This document shows, in pieces, positions 11,857-24,986 of a stretch of DNA of 61,276 nt. The translations under genes were made by a program, and so were the position numbers. This stretch comes from Octopus sinensis. Its lineage: Eukaryota. Numbering within the stretch: the first letter of the stretch is position 1; the number at the start of each line of letters is the position of its first letter. Below the pieces are notes generated by a model. It worked only from the letters and a program-made list of their open reading frames with translations, had not been told where the DNA came from and did no database searches. The stretch spans positions 1-61,276 of the forward strand of contig NW_021833835.1 of assembly GCF_006345805.1 (NCBI RefSeq), read 5' to 3'.

Positions 11857-12448
11857 ATATCCATACATACATATATATATACGCATGTATGTTTATATAC
11901 ATGAATGTTTCTGTGTGTTATGCGTGCATGTATAAATTCAAGTGTGTATGTGAGTGAAAGGGGGGGGGTTGAATCAGATAAAAAATGAGACACTTAAGTG
12001 AATAATTTCAACAGAAATTGTTGGTGCTTGGAATAATAGGAAGGATAAGAGTTATAAAATCCGGTTTTATAATCGAGGGGACAAGACGGCATTTGGTGTG
12101 TGTGTGTGTGTGACTTTGTGTGTGTGTGTGTGTGTGTGTTGTGTGTGTGTGTTCGTGCGTATGTATGTGTGAGCGCGTATAACGGAGAGAAAGTGAGAGA
12201 GAGGGAAGACAGAAGGAAGAAAAAGACTGAAGAGAGAGAGTAAGAAGATAGAGAGAGAGGGAAGATAGAGAGAGAGAGGGAAGATAGAGAGAGAGAGAGC
12301 GAAGAGAGAGAGCGAAGAGAGAGAGAGAGAGAGAGAGATTTTGTGCCCGAGTGTGTGCGTGCATAGTTAAGAAAAAGAACGATAGGCGAGGTGCCAAATT
12401 TCAAGGAGAAAATTTGCAAGCAGACGACAGGTCACGGGGCCATGGACC

Positions 12449-12524
12449 ATGGCAGCAGTTGGTGCTGGTGTGTGCAAAGAGCGAATTTCCGAAAAAGAAG
12501 AAGAAGAAGAAATAAGAGTTGGAG
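12449..12524 (+). CDS. Candidate first coding exon of an unidentified gene
   Basis: Unique-sequence island with two ATGs in strong context (gccATGG 12442, accATGG 12449) and consensus donor GAG|GTGAGT at 12524/12525. No homology recognised. Confidence 0.3.
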
Positions 12525-12703
12525 GTGAGTTAGTCCTGTTTATCGAGATGTTTGTTAAGGGTGAAGTTTGAACATAGCGAAGTAAGGAAGAAATTTACAT
12601 TTTCATATTATTTTTTCTTTCTCTTTTAAATAACCACTTATTTCATGATTTATTCTTCAGTTTATTCCAGAGTTTCCAATGTGACATGACCGCCTTTCTT
12701 TCG

Positions 12704-12739
<36 letters not shown>

Positions 12740-13114
12740 TTCGCTTTTCCTTCCCTCACACACATAATCTCTCACTTTCTCTTTTTCTCCCTTCTTGGAA
12801 TTTGGCCACGCGCCATCAACTAACAGCTCTTTGACAAGTGCAACTAAAACTACTCCCCCACCTTACCGTTTAGCAGAAGACAACGAGATAAAAATTGCAC
12901 CAGCTCTTATTAAAGACACACACACACACACAAATATACACCAACAAAGAAATGAAATAAAAAACTCCAAATGAATAGTAAACAATTAATGAAATAAAAA
13001 TATAATAAAAATATTGTTCAGGTTTCGCCTTCATTTTCTAAATATTCTTCAGTAAATCAGCATCTTTTTTGTCCAGTTGTGTGTTTGTATGTGTGTGTGT
13101 GTGTGTGTGCGTGC

Positions 13115-13177
<63 letters not shown>

Positions 13178-13464
13178 CACATATTTGTGTGTGTGTATGT
13201 ACGTATGCATGCAGTTATAATAAAATAATTTTATATTAATCTGATGGGTTACTCTATATTTTTGTAGAGTGCAAATTCATTATTCTTAAACACGAATATT
13301 TTTGACAATGACTTCGAAGTTTTAAGTCAACAGAGGCTCTAATAAGCCATGATTAGCGACGACGGTTTAAATGGCAAAAACTTCCGAGAAAACGTAGAGT
13401 ACATACAAAGCCATAAACATTAAAAAAAAAAGCCTTAAATTTTGAAAGAGCAGGCTTTCATCAA

Positions 13465-13617
13465 GTCCCGTGCTCAACTGGTATTTTTTTATCGATTGCG
13501 GAAGGATAAAAGGAAAAGTCGACCTCGGTGGAATTTGTTATCAGAAGGTAAAAAACAAGAAATACCGTGAAGCATCGTGTTGTCCAACGTGTTAACGATT
13601 CTGTCATCACGCCGCCT
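13465..13617 (-). mobile_element. SINE family B (diverged)
   Basis: gaaggataaaaggaaaagtcgacctcggtggaatttg..cgaaatacc-like..ttaacgattctgtca. Confidence 0.7.
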
Positions 13618-13686
13618 TGACGAAGCTATCAATAATAGCATGTGAATATATTGCATTAAACTCTTTTCCATAGACATGAATTATGT

Positions 13687-13769
<83 letters not shown>

Positions 13770-13790
13770 ATATAATATATATTTTATGTA

Positions 13791-15184
13791 GGGATCTAGT
13801 TAAATGATTCACAAAATCTGCATTTTCTAAAGGAAGTAAAAAATCTGAAAATCGACTATATTAATGTAGTTTTCCACTCTTATTGCTATGAAGGATGATG
13901 TTGTGGAGAAAAAAATTGGAGGAAAAAGGTGCAGAGATTTAAACCTCGAAAACGCTGTATATTTTTAGCCAATAGCAAGACAGAAATTTTCTGTATTTTG
14001 TGGTGTCAACTTTAAGGTTGTACTCAGTGAAATTTATAGTTTAGCATCTGTGAAATGACCTGTTCATTGTATGTTTCTAAATAAACAGAAATACCTAATA
14101 AAATCAACATGTATCATCTTATTGTTTATTTTGTCTCTTCAATGATTTCTATAGTGTTTTGAGTGTTTATATCTTTTAAAATTTGCTATATTTATATAAT
14201 TGTCTGTATGCGTTTACTTTATGTATGTATACCTGTCATGTATTTGTGTCCATTATTAACAAAGAAGTGCATATGGATGTATGTATTCATATATATGTTT
14301 ATATGTACATTTATGCATTTATCTGTGTTTCCAAAACTCCAAAGTTGAATAACGTTTTCATGCTTGGATTTGTAAACTACAATAAGAATAACACTGATCA
14401 ACAACGAATTTGTCTCAGAGAAAAGAATACCTTTATCTTATATAGTTTTTGCATGCATAATTCAAAAATAGTGTCAAATTATCTGTATCACCCACAGTTT
14501 CTCTGTCCCATGATATCCCTCTCAGTTACTGTGACGGGGACTAAATTTCAGTTAAGCTGTTGAAATGTGAAGCTAATGGTTTAAGAAATACTCCTATTTG
14601 AAATTTTTATGAATAGAATTAACCTAGTGAAATCATAAATCCAGCTATCTCAGTCAATGAGTCCCGGAAGCTTGGATTTACTGAGTCGATGAGTCACCGA
14701 TGCTTTCTCAGTACTATGCTTAAAGTGTAGGCATGCGTATTCCATTAACCTTCATAATGCCAAGAAACTGTATAAACACTGCAAACAACTTTTGCTATAT
14801 ATGAAAAATATGTAAAATATTAAGACATTTGACGAAAAATATCTGGTAAAATTTATATTTATATATAAATTTTCATTAAAAGAAAACTCACAGGTGAAGC
14901 AAATATCGTGGTGTGAAGAATCAACACAACGCAACTGCGGGTGAAGTGAAGCACAAAACAACTATCGGTTGTCATGGTAACAAGCTTTTAATGCCCCGCT
15001 GTCTGTTGATTGGCTAAACTTACCCAAATTTCCCAACTTTAATTCCAAATAACATCGGATTCTTTAATTTACGAGATAAAGAAGTTGGTTGCTCGTAATC
15101 AGAACTGCATAGATACACCAAAATTGAAAGCAATCTGAGCAAAATTAAAAGGGGCTAATTTTGTGAATCAATTTAACTAGGTCC
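13791..15184. mobile_element. Non-autonomous TIR DNA transposon (~1.4 kb), superfamily uncertain
   Basis: Left GGGATCTAGTTAAATGATTCACAAAAT versus reverse complement of right end GGACCTAGTTAAATTGATTCACAAAAT. TA on both sides; no intact ORF. Confidence 0.75.
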
Positions 15185-15356
15185 TATATGTATATATATA
15201 TAAAAATAGATGAGTGTATTTTTACCTTCTTAACAATTAACACGGAAAAATAAATAAATAGTTACCAGGGCAGCAATATTAATAGCGTTCTGTCTATCGC
15301 TATACAAATCCATCATTTTTTGCTAAAATGTCGTATTGACGAGTTTCGTTTTTTTC

Positions 15357-15442
15357 ACTTTCCCGAAGAGAAGATTGCATTGTTTATACCATTTATTCTT
15401 TTGAATAGTATCAGTGGAATTTTCGAAACATGTGTCGAAAGT
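15357..15442 (+). ncRNA. Type I hammerhead ribozyme motif with extended stem II
   Basis: ACTTTC CCGAAGA GAAGATTgCATTG..CAGTGgAATTTTC GAAA CATGTG TC GAAAGT: 6-bp stem I, ~12-bp stem II, GUC triplet. Confidence 0.75.
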
Positions 15443-15481
15443 AAAAATACATGTTTACACCTGCGTTAACTCCATTTTTTA

Positions 15482-15527
<46 letters not shown>

Positions 15528-16026
15528 CGTGCGCGCGCTTTTGTGTACAGTCGTACTCAATAAAGACCGTAGAGCTGAACCCTTTCTAGTCTCATTCACG
15601 GACTGCTTTTGTTGTCTTTCATTCTGTCTGGCTGTCATCCTGCACGTCTGTCTCTTTCTCTCATTCTTTTTTCCCGTTGTTGGCCATTCTCTTCCCCTCT
15701 CTGCTTGTCCTTATCTCTTTCTTTCATCCTTTCAATTTTAAACTGTCAACATCTCTCTCTCTCGTTCTCTCCTTTTCTTTCCCTCTCTCCTCTCTATTCC
15801 CGTGGCGTACACTCCCCCACCACCACCACCACTCTCACTTAATTAATTCCTCAATATTTCTTCTTCAATAACAAATCTCTACCTTCCCGTCTAATCACAT
15901 CCTCTCTTATTCTTTAGTAATTATTATAATTCTGCGCCATTCTCTCGCGCTCTCTCCCCCTCTGTCCTTCTCTCGCTCTCTCTCTTTCTTTCTATCACTC
16001 CTGCTATCTAAGATTATTTCCGTCTG

Positions 16027-16113
<87 letters not shown>

Positions 16114-16123
16114 GTCTGTCTGC

Positions 16124-16213
<90 letters not shown>

Positions 16214-16417
16214 GTCCGTCTGTCCGTCTGTCTGTCTGTCGGTCTGTCTGTCTCTCTCTCTATCTAGTTATCTGTCTTTCTCACCAACTGTGCAATCTCG
16301 GCTCCCTTTATATCTATAATATCCCTCTTTCCTAATTCTCTTTAGCATATATCTTTCTCTATCTCTCACATCTCGCCTTTCTCCCTCCTCCCTTTCTCTC
16401 TCTCATAGATATGTGTG

Positions 16418-16504
<87 letters not shown>

Positions 16505-16529
16505 GGATGGATGGATGGATGGATGGATG

Positions 16530-16631
<102 letters not shown>

Positions 16632-16968
16632 CACTAGTTCTCTCTGAACCGTCCTCCGCTCTTTATTCCTCTGCTTCACTCAAAACCATCCAACGCATAC
16701 AGTCACGTGCCCATCACGTGCACAACACGTAAGAGCGTATGAACAACTCATACGTCAACCAGCAGCAGGCCTCCTGCCACAACTGAAGTGGGGGTCCCTA
16801 TTTTCCCGCACTCAAACCCTACTTTATACTTGCTCTATATAGCCATATGTGGCCCCTTGTACACTCATTCTTCACGCCTTGCTCCGACACTTCCATCATA
16901 ACAGATTAAACACACGCGTACGCACATACGCACGGGTGCGCGTGCATGCAAACACATACATAAGCTTG

Positions 16969-17006
<38 letters not shown>

Positions 17007-17239
17007 TGCATATATTCACTCATGGAGACTTGCAGAATACATAAACAACGCAAGCAATCTGTGTATATGTGTATGTATGTATATATGTACATGCATACAT
17101 ACAACATACATATATATATATATACATAGAAACATGCATACATACACACATGCATACATAAATACATACATACATACATACATACATACGTGCGTGTGTG
17201 TGTGCGTGTGTGTATTTGCCTATGTTTGTGATTATATTA

Positions 17240-17460
17240 TCGGATTGGTCTGGAAATAAGGGCTGTACCACCGGTCTTCATCGTTCCTCCAGGGAATTGT
17301 AATGTGGGCGCGATCAGCATTCCGCTTGAACAGCTAAAAGTTCAAGATTACAGGAAAAAGATATGGTGGAAGAGAATTTCCAGTGGAATGGCGTTATTTA
17401 GAATTCAGAATTAGTAAAATGTGACGAGATCAGGAGAAATGAACGTGCTGGGGACGCCTG
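17240..17460 (-). mobile_element. Decayed 3' end of a CR1/L2/Jockey-type LINE
   Basis: Minus strand gives a frameshifted W-NSLPPYLFPVILNF*LFKRN, resembling the WNSLP..FP....FK C-terminal motif of these LINEs. Confidence 0.4.
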
Positions 17461-17680
17461 AAATTAAACGAGTTCATTTCAACCAGCTCCGAGTATTTAT
17501 AGCGTTTCTTTTCGCGACAAGGAAAGAAATGACAAGATGACTCAGTACTCCTGAGACTGGAGTGTGTTGCTGAGTGACGTCTTACAAACTAGCCTTTTCA
17601 TTGGTTGCCATCAAACATGTGTGTGTGTGTGTGTGTGAGAGATAGTAAGAGACCCGTTGCAGTTATGATAGTAGTACGCC

Positions 17681-18072
17681 GGAGGCGCAATGGCCCAGTG
17701 GTTAGGGCAGCGGACTCGCGGTCGTAGGATAGCGGTTTCGATTCCCAGACCGGGCGTTGTGAGTGTTTATTGAGCGAAAACACCTAAAAAGCTCCACGAG
17801 GCTCCGGCAGGAGATGGTGGTGATCCCTGCTGTACTCTTTCACCACAACTTTCTCTCACTCTTACTTCCTGTTTCTGTTGTACCTGTATTTCAAAGGGCC
17901 GTGCTTGTCACTCTCTGTGTCACGCTGAATATCCCCGAGAACTACGTTAAGGGTACACGTGTCTGTGGAGTGCTCAGCCACTTACACGTTAATTTCACGA
18001 GCAGGCTGTTCCGTTGATCGGATCAACCGGAACCCTCGTCGTCGTAACCGACGGAGTGCTTCCACTCCATCC
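17681..18072 (+). mobile_element. tRNA-derived SINE family C, full length with TSD
   Basis: A box TGGCCCAGTGG, B box GGTTTCGATTCC, TCCA-like tail, 11-bp TSD AGTAGTACGCC (17670-17680 / 18073-18083). Second copy at 54794-55178. Confidence 0.93.
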
Positions 18073-18439
18073 AGTAGTACGCCATTGTGCGAGTTTTATG
18101 AAATATGTAACGGTTTAGTAATAAAAGCAGTTGTTACTTGAAAAATGTTATGCTTTTGAAGACTAAAGCCACTCTTACATAGATAGTATGTCAAGCATAT
18201 TCTTTCTCCGGGTTTGTCAGTGATATAGAAGTCTGATACTTTTTAGCCCAAAAAAGAGGAATAGTTTTGCGTGCTCTTCATGTTGGAGTTGGGTGAGATA
18301 ATTATTCCTTCATCTGTATGGTGATTGTTTATGAGAGGAGACAAAAATGTATGGCTGAGGTTCTGTATGTGTACCTATGTGAATACATGAATGTGTAAGC
18401 ATATAGGTATGTACATGCATAATTACATATCTATATACT

Positions 18440-18495
<56 letters not shown>

Positions 18496-18538
18496 ATATA
18501 TATATATGTATATATACATACATACATATATATATATA

Positions 18539-18616
<78 letters not shown>

Positions 18617-18910
18617 CTGTTTGTGTGTAGAAAGTATGGGGATTTAATTCACAGGTCATCTAAACGATTAGGTACGCTAGGTAAGTGATGTAATAGTTTA
18701 CTAGCGCTCCAAGGTTATAGCCGAGCGGTAGTTATGGAGCCATTGCAGATTTCCGATGCAACGGATATATAATTGTTAAAGAGGAAAACAAACTTTAAGT
18801 CAAGCCAAGCCTCTCAAATCGTATACAATATTACTATTGGAAAAAATTCAGTCCTACAGCTGATTTTGGGATATGTATATATTCTCATATCTAGAGATGC
18901 TCATATATAT

Positions 18911-19756
18911 TTAAATCATAAACATCTGGAAAGTTTTACAGATATTTACAGTTCCAGTGATGGACTGGATCTGTAGTCTTCGAATTAACTTTCTCCTTTC
19001 TGGTTTTGAGAAGACTAATTTCTCAAGATTGGTATTCAGGCAGTGTGTTACACAGCCCAGGGCCCCAATAATTACAGGTATATACCTGAACTTGGAATCT
19101 GGATAGAGTAACTGCAGATTTCTCAATAGTTCAGCATCCCACCAGGACATACTCAATAGTCAGCATCCACTCGGACATTCCAACAGTATTCCTTTTTCTT
19201 ACCATACTGTGGGTCCTTATTTCTTTATCCTCGAGTTTATCCTTGCGACGGACTTCGTTATAGAATGTCCTAGCTACAACATCATGAGTCATCGGATGAG
19301 ATCTTTGGTTTCAACTCCACAAAGTCTGCATCAGTTGTCACATTTTACCGCTTTTCTGGCATTTCTATCCCTTTTTGTGCATAAGGTACTTGATTAATAT
19401 TTCCTGTTTCTGGATTGCAGGCGCATACCCTTCAAAGTGGATGGTAGTAATCTGGCTATTGGTCCATGATGAACTCCTCTGATGGTCAATGTTACTATCA
19501 TCTAGGAGCTTTCTACTGATATATCCACTCATATTCTTCTGTTCATATAGGCTCAGTCTTTCATCTGATGATACGTTGCGGTAGAAACGTGCGACTTCTT
19601 TGGGCAGGTATTCTAGGTTACGAGATAAAGCATGTTGCTCAAGGAGCTGCCTTCCAAGTCCTTTGATGTTATCAGCCTCACGTATGCAAACTTTGTCAAG
19701 GGATGCACTTCGACACTTGGTGGTTAAAAGATGTTGCCGAAGGGATATGATGCGAT
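18911..19756 (-). mobile_element. R4/Dong-type non-LTR retrotransposon, decayed 3' region (CCHC knuckle + restriction-like endonuclease)
   Basis: SWTNSQITTIHFEGYAPAIQKQEI, KCDN*CRLCGVE and AELLRNLQLLYP..IPVIIGALG..LQIQSITGTVNICK are R4-clade C-terminal motifs. Confidence 0.82.
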
Positions 19757-19768
19757 AGAATAAGTACT

Positions 19769-20096
19769 TAAAAAAGACTCCGCCGGTTACGACGACGAGG
19801 GTCCCAGCTGATACGATCAACGGAACAGCTTGCTCGTGAAATTAACGTGCAAATGGCTGAGCATTCCACAGACACGTGTACCCTTAACGTAGTTCTCGGG
19901 GATAATCAGCGTGACACAGAGAGTGACAAGGCTGACCCTTTGAAATACAAGTACAACTCATTTTTGCCAGCTGAGTGGACTGGAGCAACGTGAAATAAAG
20001 TGTCTTGCTCAAGGACACAACGCGTCGCCGGGAATCGAACTCACAACCTTACGATCATGAGCCGAATGCCCTAACCACTAAGCCACGCGCCCTCAC
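19769..20096 (-). mobile_element. tRNA-derived SINE family D, full length with TSD
   Basis: Minus head GGCGCGTGGCTTAGTGGTTAGG..GAGTTCGATTCC then GTGTCCTTGAGCAAGACACTT. 12-bp TSD AGAATAAGTACT (19757-19768 / 20097-20108). Confidence 0.92.
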
Positions 20097-20208
20097 AGAA
20101 TAAGTACTAGGCTTACAAAGAATAAGTCTTGGGGTCGATTTGCCTGATTAAAGGCGGTTCTCCAGCATGGCCACAATCACATAACTGAAACAAGTAAAAG
20201 AGTAAAAG
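20097..20208 (+). mobile_element. SINE family A tail (interrupted by SINE D)
   Basis: agaataagtactaggcttacaaagaataagtc..tccagcatggcc..aagtaaaagagtaaaag. Confidence 0.85.
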
Positions 20209-21164
20209 TATGTATGCATGTACGTACGTACGTATGTACGCTCAAGTGTGAGAGTGTGTGTAGTTATATGAGTATATGCATGTATACACTAATATACAAT
20301 GCTTGTTTATTGCATAGACACTTGTAATCTTAGCATACTAGCTGACCACGTCTCCTCCATAATGATGCCTAATTGTAGTATTTTATATATAAATAAGGTA
20401 CATAATAATCACGCATACAAACGTTCGCATACCTCCCTTGTACACGCACACACATACACACATATACTCACACAGAGTTGAAACGCTGATTTTTTCAGCC
20501 CTTCCTTCCTTACTCATCTATCACCCCTTCATTTCTCTCATTGCTATTATTTTCTCTCACTCCCTCTCAGTCAGAGTTATTACTCTCACGACTTCTCCTT
20601 CACTGATTTACTATTTTCTCTCCTCCTCTGCTTCCGGCGTGATTCTGGACAAATATAGTTATATATACAAATATATAAGAACACTTAGCTCATTATTATA
20701 ATAGGCGAGTTAGAACCTGTGACATAGCGGGAACAAGAATCTAATTTTAGTATTACTTGTACAATCCATGTAGCTGTTTCTGTCCATTCAATGTTCGTTT
20801 ACTAAGCTTGAATGGAAGTCAGGCTTCGGCCAACCTACAACGCTGTGTGTTTGAAACCCGAACCTGATGATTGCGAAGCGAACTTAAAACAGGCGCGAGA
20901 AACATGTTCTCGTTTAATGATTGAGTGAAATGTGACTCATGTCTGAAAGCACACGTATACACACATGCACGGATTCATGTACGTATGCACGCATGTACAC
21001 ACGCACACACACACCCACACACCCACATTTATGTACACATATATACATTGGTATGTATGTATATGAGTATGTATATATGTATACCTCCATTTATATATGT
21101 TCGATAGATAGCTAAACAGATAGATATATAGATAGATACATACATACATACATACATACATACA

Positions 21165-21222
<58 letters not shown>

Positions 21223-21813
21223 TATATACATATATATATATATATACATATGTCTCTTTCTTTTATTATCTTACCGTTTTTATTAATATATATATATCTA
21301 TATTATATATATTATATATAAGAGAGAGAGAGAGAGAAGATAGAGATAGATAGATAGATAGATAGATGATAGATAGAAAGATAGATAGATAGATAGATAG
21401 ATGATAGATATTGTTCACACATACACAAAGACGCAGAATTTCTCTCTCTCAAAATCGCACACATACAGTTATGTAGCGCTGTCGCATAAATCTTCCCTTG
21501 TCATCAATACAATTTTACATGAGATAAACTTTAGCGGAAAGAAGTGAATAGAAGCGAACTATCTCAATATAGCATCTCCTAACAACAACTATAAAAGTAA
21601 CAACAACAACAACAACAATAATAATGATAACAAGAACACCATCCCTTGGTGAAAGTTACGTATGGCTTATAATGGTAACGGCATGTAGCGTACAATTGAA
21701 CTCGTGTGGAAGTGTAGACAGGGGGGGAAGATTAGAAGGAATGGTAAAATGGTAAAGGGGTTTCTGGTAGTGCTAATAGTTATAGTAGTGATTGTTGCAG
21801 TAGTAGTAGTTGC

Positions 21814-21880
<67 letters not shown>

Positions 21881-21954
21881 AGTGTACTTGTGATGTTTCA
21901 TGGTGGAGACAGAGGTGCATATAATTCTTGTGGTTATAACGGCAGCTGTAGGGT

Positions 21955-23175
21955 TAGGGTAACGCTGTCCAGTAAAATTTGGGAATTGAAAGAAAAAATA
22001 TCGAATTTAACCTAAAATGGGATATAATAAGAAAGGCACAGCCTTATAAAAATAGTAGGGATGGATGTGAACTTTGTTCTATGGATACATATGAAATTTT
22101 AAAACAGGAATAATATAAACTTATTGAATAACCGTTCTGAACTAGGAGTATCCTGCATACATTGTGCCACCCGTACTTTTAAGTATTTTAAATAATAGCA
22201 TTCTGACCATTCCTAAATTTTCAAATCTTAATATTTTGTAACCAAATAAGGAATTAATATACCATATTAGCTTTTATTTAACCTGCATAGATTATTAGGA
22301 AATTTTATAATATAAATAAATTAGAATCTTTTGATACTTTCCTATATAGGATTGCATAAATTCTATATATCTAGTGAAATTATTTAGTTCATCTTGATTA
22401 CCTTCCTTCCATTACATTCTAATATATCTACCAAGCACGTCACTCCGAAGCGGCACGGGGTATATTTCGTCTCGATCTCTTCGAGCAAGTCGGGGCGGCG
22501 GCGGGACACGTAGTCGGCCACGCGGACGAGCTAAGATATTTATTTAAAATTCCCAAGCAGAATTAAGGTTGTTAGAGCATTAGTAGTCTCTATTCTCCCC
22601 ACCGCACTATCTTCAGCCTACCAACTTTAGCTAAAATACATTCAAATATGTTAAATTCCTCATAATAGGGATGGATTTATGGCTTTGATATTTGTACTAC
22701 TCCTTCCTCTATCTATAAATAGAAAAAATTCTTGTTTGTCTCCATTGAACCAAATAAAAAAAAACCCTCCCCATTGATAAATCTAAATAACAAAGTGAAC
22801 TCAGTGATTAAAAATCTATAGATGGAGAAGGTCCTTCTACTACCATGTTCTTAATGGTGAATTTAACCTCTCTATATATCTACCCTTTTTGTAATGTTGG
22901 CAAATGAAATAAGTATAAAAATGTACATTGTCCATTTAATTTTAAAATTCTATATATGGCTGAAGATTGCTCTACATTTTAAAACTAATGTAATACTTAC
23001 ATTGTTTAATAAAATGAAGTAGCATGAAACGATTGTACTACACTATCTTGGATATCCTTGTTGTTTATTTTGATTATAATCACCCCCATTTGATTTGTAT
23101 GGATAATACCATACCAAATTCTGATGCCTTTAACTTAAGTACCATATTCATCTGAATCTAAATTTTTGCTGAACG
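21955..23175. mobile_element. Putative Penelope-like terminal region / decayed retroelement
   Basis: Non-simple AT-rich block containing a hammerhead motif near its right end and running into (TA)n; no intact ORF. Confidence 0.3.
22957..23040 (+). ncRNA. Hammerhead ribozyme motif with long AT-rich stem II
   Basis: TGG CTGAAGA tTGCT..CATTTTA.AAAC.AATGTA-atact-TACATT GTTT..TAAAATG..AGCAt GAAA CGATTG TA CTA. Canonical CUGAAGA core, GUA triplet. Confidence 0.65.
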
Positions 23176-23284
23176 TATATATATATATATATATATACAT
23201 TTATACACACACACATATATATATATATATATGTGGTGTGTGTGTGTGTATATACATTTATACATACATACATATATATATATG

Positions 23285-23359
<75 letters not shown>

Positions 23360-23400
23360 CATACATCTATATATATATGTATGTATAAATGTATATATAT

Positions 23401-23439
<39 letters not shown>

Positions 23440-23657
23440 TAAATGTATATATATGACTGAAACAAGTTAGAGTAAAAGAGTAATATAATATAATATATAT
23501 ATATATATATGCAAAGAAAACCCAAATAAACCTGACCTGAGCACTGTTTCGTCAATAATCTCTCCGCCAACTTCCTTCACTTGCCTCCATCTCACCCCCT
23601 ATTTCTCTGCGCATTCTTCTCTCCATCTTCAACTTCCACATACACACTTGCACACTT

Positions 23658-23697
<40 letters not shown>

Positions 23698-24327
23698 GCA
23701 CACGCACACACACACACACACACACACATACATGGTTCGTTCCACCACCCTACACACGATTCGACCTCACATCCCTCTAAGCTTTTCGTTGTTAATAGTC
23801 TTGCACTGGTGGCCAATAAAAACATATGCCGTGTAGTTTAATGGCGTGAGAAGACTCGCACAGAAGGAGGAAAGCCTCATAGTCACGTGAAACCCTTAAA
23901 AAGGGTTGCCTGCTCGTGCTGGGGCTGGTGGTGGTGGTGCTAGTGATAACGAGAAGTGTTGATTGTACATCATCGTATTTATAGTTGTTATTGTTGTTTG
24001 TGGTGGTAGTGGTGGTGATGGTGGCGGTAGTGATGATGTTTGCAGTAACAATAGTGTTGACGTGTCAGTGGTATAAATGGCGGCGGCGGTGGCGCTGGTC
24101 GTGTGAGAGTATTCTCGGTAGTGGTTGTCATGGTTGTAGTGCTTGTAGGAAGTTATAGTATTGGTTGTGGTTATAGCGTTGATTGTAATTTTGGTGGTAT
24201 TGGTTACGATAGAAGTGATCCTGGGGGTAATGGTGACGTCAAAGACTTGGTTGTAGGAGTAATGATGATGATGATGATGATGAGGAAGAGGAGGAGGAGG
24301 AGGAGGACAGTAGGAGGAGGACAGGAG

Positions 24328-24769
24328 GATTAAGTCTATTATATCGGCCCCAGTGGTACTTATTTAATCGACCCCGAAAGGATAAAGGGCAAAGTCGACC
24401 TCGGCGGAATTTGAACTCAGAACGTAGCGGCAGACGAAATACCTATTTCTTTAATCATCGACCCCGAAAGGATGAAAGGCAAAGTCGACCTCGGTAGAAT
24501 TTGAATTAAGAAGGTAGTGGCAGACAAAATACCGCTAAGCATTTCGCTCTGCGTGCTAACGATTCTGCCAGCTAGCCGCCTTAAATAATCTAGGAGGGGA
24601 CTAGTCGATTACATCGACCTTAGTATTTTACTGGTACTTAATTTAGCGAATCCGACAGGATGAAACTCAAAGTCGACCTCGGTAGAATTTGAATTAAGAA
24701 GGTAGTGGCAGACAAAACACCGCTAAGCATTTCGCTCGGCGTGCTAACGATTCTGCCTGCTCGCCGCCT
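24328..24769 (-). mobile_element. Tandem cluster of SINE family B partial copies
   Basis: aaagtcgacctcgg..gaatttgaa occurs three times (~24391, ~24481, ~24669); two heads ending ccgcc. Confidence 0.88.
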
Positions 24770-24945
24770 CAATCAAGCGAGAATATCGTCAGTTAATTCC
24801 TCGTGTTACAGGCAGATATTTCAGAACATTATAATACTGCACAGTATATAAAGTGGTACAGGTAAAACATTAATTGACTGTCCTACGCTTCCATACAGAA
24901 TTCTACCATACGGCCACACCTGCATTGATATGTATTTATTTGTAC

Positions 24946-24986
<41 letters not shown>

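Noticed and set aside
17681-17755. Functional tRNA genes in SINE heads (also 20020-20096, 54794-54870, 8804-8876)
   Set aside because: Acceptor stems are not intact and each continues into a repeat body, most with TSDs.
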